From sequence record PZ386974.1: a stretch of 64,000 nucleotides of DNA. The stretch is one strand, 5' to 3'. Source of the stretch: a phage. The notes under the pieces are model-generated. The model made no database searches. It saw nothing but the letters and a program-made list of their open reading frames with translations, and was not told the origin of the DNA. Shown piece after piece: positions 57,019 through 64,000 of the stretch (positions within the stretch are counted from its first letter, which is position 1; every line of letters begins with the position of its first letter). The translations under genes were made by a program, and so were the position numbers.

Positions 57019-57978
57019 TTATGATTTTAACGCATTCATTGCGTTAAAAAGTTTAGAATACTGCAACTGGAGATTCGTTACAACACTTTGAGCATCACGA
57101 AGCTTAGCTTGTGCTTTGTCAAGTTCAACAGACAGTTGGTCCATAGTGGCCTTGATTTGATTGTAATGGTAATCTTCGACCGGAAGAAGGTCATTAGAAA
57201 CATTTAGTTTTACTGCAGACAGTTTGCACACATTTGGCAAACCTTTAAACATTGATTTACCCGAAGTAGAATAAGCACTTAGGACTTCGGCCTGTTCAAT
57301 TGGGGTCCCAGTAAGCGATGCTTCAAACGTTGCATTTTCCTTTTTAAGATTTTGATAATATTCGGAGTCTTTGTGCCACCATGGCGCAGGAACCTTTTTA
57401 CCAATAGATACACGAGCCTGGATAGCGATATGGCCCTTATTCTTGATAGGGTTGATAATATTAAGCTCACGAGAATAAATTGCTTTAATCTGGTGGATAT
57501 TATCACCTAACACTTCCAATGCTTGGTGGAATACACGAGCAACGTTATCATTCTTAGGTTTATACGTAAGAGTGAACTCATTCTCACTGATAACCATGAT
57601 TTCCAACTTATCGTAAGTATATTTCAAATGTTTCATGTTAATTGCTTGAGGACGAATACGAGAAGCAATGGCCATCAGATTGTTAAGGTTATTCCGGAAC
57701 TGCTTAGCGAAATATTGACCTTCACCGCCAATACAAAAATTACGAAGTTTCTGTTTGGCCAATAAACGGCTGAACTCACCATTTTTAATGAACTCTTTAA
57801 CGGGTGTGTTAGTAACGCATTCAAATTGGGTAAACATACGAGAAGTAATCCCATAATATGAACAGATTTCCTCAATCTCTTCAGGAGTCTTTACAGGCAT
57901 ACGGATAGGATTAGGTCCTGGAGTATATGCGTTCGAGGTAAATTCTTTGATAAGTTCTCTACGTGTAATAAAAGCCAT
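57019..57978 (-). CDS. hypothetical protein with C-terminal coiled coil (319 aa)
   Basis: ATG; own promoter cassette. Confidence 0.5.
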   Translation of the reverse strand: MAFITRRELIKEFTSNAYTPGPNPIRMPVKTPEEIEEICSYYGITSRMFTQFECVTNTPVKEFIKNGEFSRLLAKQKLRNFCIGGEGQYFAKQFRNNLNNLMAIASRIRPQAINMKHLKYTYDKLEIMVISENEFTLTYKPKNDNVARVFHQALEVLGDNIHQIKAIYSRELNIINPIKNKGHIAIQARVSIGKKVPAPWWHKDSEYYQNLKKENATFEASLTGTPIEQAEVLSAYSTSGKSMFKGLPNVCKLSAVKLNVSNDLLPVEDYHYNQIKATMDQLSVELDKAQAKLRDAQSVVTNLQLQYSKLFNAMNALKS

Positions 57979-58004
57979 TTTATATTCCTCATGTTGAAAA
58001 ATTT

Positions 58005-58034
58005 ATTATACTCCAACCATCCTTGGTTGTACAT
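58005..58034 (-). promoter_or_regulatory. early-type promoter cassette variant (TGTACA ... TATAAT), spacer hairpin
   Basis: 28/30 identical to 15481..15510; upstream of 319-aa ORF. Confidence 0.45.
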
Positions 58035-59029
58035 CATTCCTTAAGAAGTTTTACTACTTGAATAAGATTAGCTCGTTCTGTTTTATTTTTACCGTTTAAG
58101 CCTGCTAATCGTGAGATTTCATCGTCAGTCTGTTGAATAGTTACATTAAGTTCGTTAATCAAAGCTTCAAAGTATTTGATTTGCTCAGCATGTTTTGATT
58201 CAAATTTCTGAACCGGAATAACGTCTTGGTTCAGTTCATCAATAAGGTCTTTAAGAGCATCTTCTTGGTTGATATCATATTCAACTTCTTTTATTTCTTC
58301 AACTAGCTCGTCTTTATATCTAACGTCTTTTAGTCCTGGTGCTGGTCCTGAAATCTCTTCTTTAAGAGTACAAACATACCCAATACGGTATCCAGTGCCG
58401 TCTCGCTTGATATCAACTTCGTCGATAAATCCACAATGTTTGAGACCAGAGCCGATTAGGTCAAAATATCCTTGACGACGTCCTTCAAACGTTACACGAA
58501 CTACTAAGACAGTTTTGCCTGCAATCTTTTGAAGCTCACATTTATAAAAGTCAGTTGAACCTGAATAACGTGGATGAGTTTTAAAGTTCATCTGACGATC
58601 TAGGCCCATTTGTAAACGTGCTGTTACGGCCATAAAACGTGTTTGGTTCTCGTTAAGATGAGCAACAATCCATTTCAAAGGCATTTTACACTGTTCACGA
58701 CCGAACAAATCAGTACGTCCTAGATTACGCAGGATGTTGTTAGAGTTAATCATCGACAGAACGTTAAGTTTATTCAGCGCGCTGAAGATTCCATCAGCCA
58801 TTGATTTTCCGTAGCCTTTACACGCTTTAATAAGCGCTCGCGGTAGATTAGTATAGATTTCAGACGGCATATGAAAATCAAATTTACTAACCAGTAATTG
58901 ATGAACTTGGATAGCAATTCGTTCATAATTAAGCGCTCTGCGATCATTATGGTCTTTAAACCACACTTTAATCTGTGAAGCACATAAACCGTTAATTTCA
59001 TGTTTTATCGCATCAGATGTAATGCTCAT
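58034..59029 (-). CDS. hypothetical protein with C-terminal coiled coil (331 aa)
   Basis: ATG; own promoter cassette. Confidence 0.5.
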   Translation of the reverse strand: MSITSDAIKHEINGLCASQIKVWFKDHNDRRALNYERIAIQVHQLLVSKFDFHMPSEIYTNLPRALIKACKGYGKSMADGIFSALNKLNVLSMINSNNILRNLGRTDLFGREQCKMPLKWIVAHLNENQTRFMAVTARLQMGLDRQMNFKTHPRYSGSTDFYKCELQKIAGKTVLVVRVTFEGRRQGYFDLIGSGLKHCGFIDEVDIKRDGTGYRIGYVCTLKEEISGPAPGLKDVRYKDELVEEIKEVEYDINQEDALKDLIDELNQDVIPVQKFESKHAEQIKYFEALINELNVTIQQTDDEISRLAGLNGKNKTERANLIQVVKLLKE

Positions 59030-59091
59030 AACTATTTCCTCAGATTGAATTGGAACTCAAAACCATTATAACCCGTCCTTGGGTAAAGCGT

Positions 59092-59619
59092 TTATGCGTG
59101 AACCGTCTTTAAACGTTCTTCAAATTTCCGAAGAGTACTAATACGTTCTGCTTTCTGTTTTGTATAGTTTGCAATACGTTCCGAAGTGAGAGCGTATCGT
59201 TCGTTTACTGTTTCTTTCATGAAGTCAGGGATTTCACGAGAAGCTTTAATTTCATCAAACTTATCGAGTACTGCCTGGTCTTCAGCGATTAAATTTTCGT
59301 ACATCTCGATATCTTTCTTAATAAACTCGATATCTTCCTGGGTTACTTTGGATAAACGAGATGCTTTATCCTTTTTGTACTGCTCGTTAGTTTCACGAGA
59401 CCAGAATAATGTACGGTTTTTGTTAGTGTTTTTGTAGACTTCCACAATTCCAACTGAATCGATGATAACAATCCAATTCCAGCGAGATTTGAAAATCTGA
59501 CCTCCATCTACGGTAATCTCGTTACCATAAGCAACGTCATTAAAGAACTTGCTTTGTGCTTCAGATTTAAATTTACCGTCGTTATAATTTACCAGGTTGA
59601 AAATATCTTTAGCGTTCAT
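59092..59619 (-). CDS. hypothetical protein (175 aa)
   Basis: ATG; own promoter cassette. Confidence 0.5.
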   Translation of the reverse strand: MNAKDIFNLVNYNDGKFKSEAQSKFFNDVAYGNEITVDGGQIFKSRWNWIVIIDSVGIVEVYKNTNKNRTLFWSRETNEQYKKDKASRLSKVTQEDIEFIKKDIEMYENLIAEDQAVLDKFDEIKASREIPDFMKETVNERYALTSERIANYTKQKAERISTLRKFEERLKTVHA

Positions 59620-59646
59620 GTTTTACCTCCAGTAGTTGATAGGTCT

Positions 59647-59675
59647 ATAATAACATAACCATAGACCTTGTAAAC
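59647..59675 (-). promoter_or_regulatory. early-type promoter cassette (GTTTAC-N17-TATTAT AGACCTATCA)
   Basis: Upstream of 175-aa ORF. Confidence 0.5.
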
Positions 59676-59677
59676 AA

Positions 59678-59965
59678 CTAAAAGAAACTTTTTTCGGTAT
59701 TTTTTCCACTGAACCAAACCGACTTCGGGATTTTTTGTAATTTTTCAGATTTAAGTTTCTCTTCCTGTTCTTTCTTATATACACCCTTGTCGTACTGGAG
59801 CATCTCTATGGCATTCTTTTGCAAACGATCTAAGGTAATTAAGGCTTTAGTTTTTCCTTTCAAGGAAGAGTCCTGGCGAACCTCCTCGCTATATTGCATC
59901 GTAGAACTAACCATACGATGAGCATAGAGTTCGACTGCGGCTTTAATTTTTTGCATAAAATCCAT
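59678..59965 (-). CDS. hypothetical protein (95 aa)
   Basis: ATG start. Confidence 0.45.
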   Translation of the reverse strand: MDFMQKIKAAVELYAHRMVSSTMQYSEEVRQDSSLKGKTKALITLDRLQKNAIEMLQYDKGVYKKEQEEKLKSEKLQKIPKSVWFSGKNTEKSFF

Positions 59966-60102
59966 AACATATCCTCTTTGATTTGTACATCATTATTTTA
60001 AATATTTCTATGCCCTCAGTAGGTTCCTAGTGTCCTTCTTTGAGGTAAGCCATATGATTATTCATCTTTATGGCTTTTGTTACCTCAGAACTTCCTATAA
60101 GC

Positions 60103-61083
60103 TTATTTCAGTAAAGTTACTTCGGAGATTTCCTCCCAACCATCTTTATCAGTTGAAATAAAATCTGCTACATAAAGAGCCGTACGTAATGATACATTGC
60201 GAAGACGAGATACGTTAGCCTTCATCCAGGACAATGCTTTGTACGTTTCAGCATCAGTCAGACCACGTTTCTGCATCATGTCAGTAGATAATATTACGTC
60301 TTCAACTCGAACCATAATCTCTTCATTAGAGTGTACTCCAAGGTCGAGATACACTGAACGAGATACTAAAGCTTGAAGGTGTGGGGCAAGTTTCGAACCA
60401 CGTTCTAACTCTTTATCGATATCAACGTTTGTAATGAAAACGATAGTACCTTCAAACTCAAATTCTTTATCAATACCCTTATCATCAAGATAAGATGACG
60501 CAGTGCTCCAACAAACTTTGCGTTTATCTCCGGTATCTAATGCTGCTTTAAGAAGGTTCAAGATATCCATATCAGAGAATACATCAACATCGTCGATTAA
60601 GAGAACGCTGTCTGCATCACGGTTGAGCCAAAGTTGTTCGTAAAGGCCGATACCAGAGATTTTACCATTAATGCTTTTGTATTTGATGAAACCATTATCA
60701 TTAGCATTATTAAGTGCTTTATCCAGAGAATACGTCTTACCAATACCGGCTGCACCTGAAATGATGAGTGAACGAATTTTGCCATCGATAATGCCATTCG
60801 TCATCATGTTCATTACTTTAAAGCGTTTGTTGATACGAGTTTTCATATCTTCAGTGCTTTCAACAACTGCAACTGGTGATGTCTCAACTCCTTCCATTAC
60901 GATGTCTGATTTGAAGACCCATACTCCACGTTCAGAACCATCAATCATAACGAAAATTTTACCATCACCTAAGTGGGAACATTCAGGATTAAGCTTTGCT
61001 GGGAACCATGTCTTTGTGGCGACATAAGAACCAGAGATTTCGTTATTACGATAGATACCTTTTTTGATTTGAACGTTGAACAT
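60103..61083 (-). CDS. P-loop ATPase (AAA-like), 326 aa
   Basis: Walker A GAAGIGKT and Walker B LLIDDVD; start set to ATG at 61083 with GGAGAA SD. Confidence 0.6.
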   Translation of the reverse strand: MFNVQIKKGIYRNNEISGSYVATKTWFPAKLNPECSHLGDGKIFVMIDGSERGVWVFKSDIVMEGVETSPVAVVESTEDMKTRINKRFKVMNMMTNGIIDGKIRSLIISGAAGIGKTYSLDKALNNANDNGFIKYKSINGKISGIGLYEQLWLNRDADSVLLIDDVDVFSDMDILNLLKAALDTGDKRKVCWSTASSYLDDKGIDKEFEFEGTIVFITNVDIDKELERGSKLAPHLQALVSRSVYLDLGVHSNEEIMVRVEDVILSTDMMQKRGLTDAETYKALSWMKANVSRLRNVSLRTALYVADFISTDKDGWEEISEVTLLK

Positions 61084-61121
61084 TTTATTCTCCAATTTAC
61101 TCATTTCGTTTCGATAGGTCT

Positions 61122-61149
61122 ATAATAACATATCCTAAAAGCATGTACA
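61122..61149 (-). promoter_or_regulatory. early-type promoter cassette variant (TGTACA ... TATTAT AGACCTATCGA)
   Basis: Upstream of P-loop ATPase gene. Confidence 0.4.
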
Positions 61150-61177
61150 CTACTTTTTAAAAATATTTTAACCCCCT

Positions 61178-61196
61178 AAAGGGACCCGAAGGTCCC
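61178..61196 (-). terminator. UUCG-tetraloop hairpin GGGACC/GGTCCC (terminator-like)
   Basis: Downstream of secreted-protein ORF; weak U-tail. Confidence 0.35.
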
Positions 61197-61201
61197 CACA
61201 T

Positions 61202-61483
61202 TTACTTATCGCACTTAGCAACATAATTAGGCATATCACAGAATACGGAGCGAGTAACTACTCGACCCTTTGACCATGCTTCAGTTGCTTGTCCGGCAGT
61301 GCTATTAATATAGCTTGATTTGATATTCTCAATACCCTGAGAATGTGATGCATTTACCGAACCGTTGGAAGGCCCAGAAGACTGGTTACCACCAGCTCCT
61401 GCACTACCGCTGGCTGCACCCGTGGTAGCACCAACAGAGAACGCCATCATTACTGCGAATAAACCAATTACTAATTTTTTCAT
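61202..61483 (-). CDS. secreted Gly/Ser-rich protein (93 aa)
   Basis: N-terminal signal peptide MKKLVIGLFAVMMAFSVGA; two C-terminal Cys. Confidence 0.5.
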   Translation of the reverse strand: MKKLVIGLFAVMMAFSVGATTGAASGSAGAGGNQSSGPSNGSVNASHSQGIENIKSSYINSTAGQATEAWSKGRVVTRSVFCDMPNYVAKCDK

Positions 61484-61514
61484 ATTTACCTCAAGTGAAT
61501 GGTTATTTATCTAT

Positions 61515-62504
61515 TTATTTATAGTAAGAATTATGATTTTCGAGATAGACTTGCTCAAGGAAATCATCCCAGAAACTCATATCTACTTTTTGTTGCATAC
61601 CGTTCTTAGCGGCTTGTTCTGATGCTTGTTCAACTTGGTCAACGATATCTTCTAGGAATTCTTGTACAGTTTTAAACGTATGTTTACCAAGCTTAACATC
61701 GAGAATAAATGGAGCATCCTGAAGCGGGTAAACCAGGTCACCGGTTTTGTAAATTTCCAATAATTGAAGTCCACCACGACATGCATGACTCAATGCTTTC
61801 CAGTCAATACCTTCGTTGGCTTCCGCCTTACGAGCACGTTCACCATAGTTCTCTTCCAGTTTAACCAGGATGGCATTGAACTCTTTATTGGTTAACGTGT
61901 CTTGGAATTTACGGTCCAACAGATTATAGAATGTTTGCTTACCTGTTTTCTCGTTTTCGGTTTCAACCCACGAAGCAAATTCACCTACAGGCAGAACATT
62001 CTTCATATGTGATAAACGAATTACTGCACCATTATCAAAGTATTGTCCCCATTCATTAGAACGTTTAAGGGCTTGTCGAAGAACAGCCAGTCGAGAACCC
62101 TTGACACCGTATTTAGAAGCTTGCTTACGGACATACCCTAAATAAGATTTCATGTTAGTGGTATAGAAACGAGACCTGTTATCTTGAATATACTTCCATA
62201 CATCAGGCAAATCAGATTTAACTACTAGACTTTGTGGAGTGTGAAGCATATCTAATGCGACGGTTTCACCATCTGCAGCTAGTTTAAAGAAATATTTGAG
62301 ACTATATAACTCATGGTCCACGTCGTCTTTTGTGTTCTTAGAAGATGTGTTATTCGTGTTCTTGCTCATATGTTCTTTAACGTTACCGGTCAAGATATCA
62401 CGAGCATGAGGGACATAAATTTCTTTAAAATCAACGTCAGATTCTGGGGTAGACGTTCCATAAAGGTGGCTACCAAAGTAGCCTTTCATAATTGTTTTCA
62501 TCAT
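61515..62504 (-). CDS. Pol-beta superfamily nucleotidyltransferase-like protein (329 aa)
   Basis: N-terminal GSHLYGTSTPESDVDF (G-S-x9-D-x-D) motif. Confidence 0.55.
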   Translation of the reverse strand: MMKTIMKGYFGSHLYGTSTPESDVDFKEIYVPHARDILTGNVKEHMSKNTNNTSSKNTKDDVDHELYSLKYFFKLAADGETVALDMLHTPQSLVVKSDLPDVWKYIQDNRSRFYTTNMKSYLGYVRKQASKYGVKGSRLAVLRQALKRSNEWGQYFDNGAVIRLSHMKNVLPVGEFASWVETENEKTGKQTFYNLLDRKFQDTLTNKEFNAILVKLEENYGERARKAEANEGIDWKALSHACRGGLQLLEIYKTGDLVYPLQDAPFILDVKLGKHTFKTVQEFLEDIVDQVEQASEQAAKNGMQQKVDMSFWDDFLEQVYLENHNSYYK

Positions 62505-62974
62505 TTAGCCTTATATTCAAGAGTAGGACAGACTTTTTCTTTACGAGCTTTAAGGTATTCACCTATTAATGATTTCTTACGTTCAATAGGCGCAAGTCCA
62601 TTTTTAATTCGTTCTTGGTTTTGTGCAATGAGCTCAATTTCTTTATAATATTTTCTGTCGTTATATTTGTCTAACAACCAAGACGGACCAATTACCGCCC
62701 CGACAGCAATAAGAACCATTACTGATATTGTTAAAATGCCTATACCAATTGAAGCAGGAACTAATGTCCATAAACTACTAAAGACAAAGAATTTAGTTAA
62801 AATTTCTTGGCCAATGATTGCGGCACCTGCTAAAGTTGCAAATCCAACAATTGAAACAGCCAATACCGGAATAAACGTTTTCCAAAAATAAGCACATAAT
62901 GTTTTCGGACGATTCCATGTACTATTGAACGTGGCATAAATTTTAAAGTGCCAAGAGTTTTCATTGATAATCAT
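62501..62974 (-). CDS. membrane protein (157 aa)
   Basis: Multiple hydrophobic segments; ATGA-coupled. Confidence 0.5.
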   Translation of the reverse strand: MIINENSWHFKIYATFNSTWNRPKTLCAYFWKTFIPVLAVSIVGFATLAGAAIIGQEILTKFFVFSSLWTLVPASIGIGILTISVMVLIAVGAVIGPSWLLDKYNDRKYYKEIELIAQNQERIKNGLAPIERKKSLIGEYLKARKEKVCPTLEYKAK

Positions 62975-62983
62975 AATAATTCC

Positions 62984-63514
62984 TTATTTCAAAGTCGGGA
63001 TAATAGAATCGAGATAAGCTTTAAGAGCAACTGCTTCATCTTTGTCTAATGTAATGATATGTTGACGAAGGTCGTCAATTTGACGAATAACTACAACATC
63101 ACCGTCTTCATAAGAAGGATTAACGCTCAGGACTGTTGTATAGTCAGGGTTGTCCTGATTTGTAATAAAAGCATTACGACATTTAGCCCATTGAAGTTTG
63201 GCCTTTTTGGCTGTTTCAGATTCCATGAATTCTTTCACTTTAGCGACGAATGTTTTCCAATTATTAATAGAAAAACATTCGTCTTCTGTTTCGATATTAA
63301 CCCCACTATAAAGTCCGTGATAAAAACGAACTTGAAGGTCTTCATCAATGTTAATTACAGATGCATGGCCTGGTGGATTGAGTTTCAAAATCTTGTCCAG
63401 TTCCATAGGAAGAATAGTAACAGCATCATCTTCTTGCGTCAGAACGTAAGCATAACCGCGTTTTTCAATACATAAATCACCAAACAATTCAGTTGTTTCA
63501 ATTACAGTTTTCAT
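62984..63514 (-). CDS. hypothetical protein (176 aa)
   Basis: Track start is TTG; ATG at 63514 with GGTGA SD. Confidence 0.5.
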   Translation of the reverse strand: MKTVIETTELFGDLCIEKRGYAYVLTQEDDAVTILPMELDKILKLNPPGHASVINIDEDLQVRFYHGLYSGVNIETEDECFSINNWKTFVAKVKEFMESETAKKAKLQWAKCRNAFITNQDNPDYTTVLSVNPSYEDGDVVVIRQIDDLRQHIITLDKDEAVALKAYLDSIIPTLK

Positions 63515-63515
63515 A

Positions 63516-63695
63516 TTATTCACCAATTAAAGTTTCAACAAAATTCACCAAAGCATTCTGGCAAGCGTCAACCTGATTTTCATAAAAGTCTCCGTTATCA
63601 TTTACCGCATGATAAGCTACATCATTCAAATCTGAATCGGCTTCACGTAAGTCATGGATAAGGTCCATCAATTTATTAGCTTGTTCACGGGTCAT
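63516..63695 (-). CDS. hypothetical acidic protein (59 aa), below track threshold
   Basis: Translation MTREQANKLMDLIHDLREADSDL...; ATGA-coupled to upstream 36-codon ORF. Confidence 0.3.
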   Translation of the reverse strand: MTREQANKLMDLIHDLREADSDLNDVAYHAVNDNGDFYENQVDACQNALVNFVETLIGE

Positions 63696-63802
63696 TTTAC
63701 CATACTCGTTTCAATAAGATTCACTATGCCGTTTACCATGTTATAAGTAAACATCGGATAATTGTATTGTACTACAACATAAGCGATAAGCAAAAGTTTC
63801 AT
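63692..63802 (-). CDS. small hydrophobic peptide (36 aa), below track threshold
   Basis: ATG with GGAGAA SD directly downstream of promoter cassette. Confidence 0.25.
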   Translation of the reverse strand: MKLLLIAYVVVQYNYPMFTYNMVNGIVNLIETSMVK

Positions 63803-63830
63803 TTTGTTCTCCGTTCGTTTTGATAGGACT

Positions 63831-63860
63831 ACTATAACATAGTCCTATCAAGTTGTAAAC
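63831..63860 (-). promoter_or_regulatory. early-type promoter cassette (GTTTAC-N18-TATAGT), IR TAGGACTA/TAGTCCTA
   Basis: Upstream of small ORF chain and 176-aa ORF. Confidence 0.45.
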
Positions 63861-64000
63861 TACCGATTGTGTTTTAAATGTTGATAAAGTTCTTCAACTT
63901 GTTTAGGGTCCAAAACAATTAAGTCATTTTCTTGACGAAGATAAATCCATCCCTTATCCCCAGGGCCATTTTTACAAAACATCACCGTCGTCATATCGTC
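63860..64000 (-). CDS. hypothetical protein, partial (N-terminus beyond window end)
   Basis: Open frame from window end to TAG at 63862-63860. Confidence 0.35.
   Translation of the reverse strand, partial: DDMTTVMFCKNGPGDKGWIYLRQENDLIVLDPKQVEELYQHLKHNR

Noticed and set aside
58034-59029. 331-aa ORF as a third ADP-ribosyltransferase (RYSGSTDFYKCE segment)
   Set aside because: R-S-E-like residues are not arranged as in ModA/ModB-type motifs; resemblance too weak to call
1-64000. tRNA genes, CRISPR arrays or integrase/transposase-type mobile elements
   Set aside because: No cloverleaf-like conserved tRNA sequences, no regularly spaced direct repeats and no recombinase-like ORFs were recognised; the repeats found are promoter cassettes

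Overview
This window is a 64 kb stretch of a T4-like (Tevenvirinae) phage genome, almost entirely transcribed on the minus strand. Gene order follows the T4 early/replication region: nrdC-upstream accessory ORFs, nrdC, 49, nrdD, nrdG, nrdH, 55, 47, 46, rpbA, 45, 44, 62, regA, 43, 42, uvsX, 40, 41, dmd, sp, 61, 56, soc, modB/modA, srd, dda, dexA, 39, rIIA, rIIB, 52 and motA. The DNA polymerase reads, from memory, like wild-type RB69 gp43, so this is probably RB69 or a close relative. The main finding is a sugar-nucleotide module between genes 43 and 42 (SIS isomerase, fused nucleotidyltransferase/kinase, HAD phosphatase, Cys-rich enzyme) plus a GT-B glycosyltransferase between rIIA and 39. With gene 42 and dCTPase present and no alpha-/beta-glucosyltransferase genes seen, this fits a non-glucose (arabinose-type) hydroxymethylcytosine DNA modification system. 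Other features are about 20 early-promoter/stem-loop cassettes (GTTTAC-N17/18-TATAAT-like, PeSL-like), UUCG-tetraloop terminators, a 78 bp duplicated promoter-leader, tandem paralog families, an ORF with a +1 frame break at a T6 run, and many small translationally coupled ORFs. The ORF track uses GTG/TTG as well as ATG starts, so many starts were re-set to the first ATG with a Shine-Dalgarno motif. All names rest on recalled T4/RB69 homology, motifs and gene order, with no database search run. No tRNA or CRISPR array was recognised.
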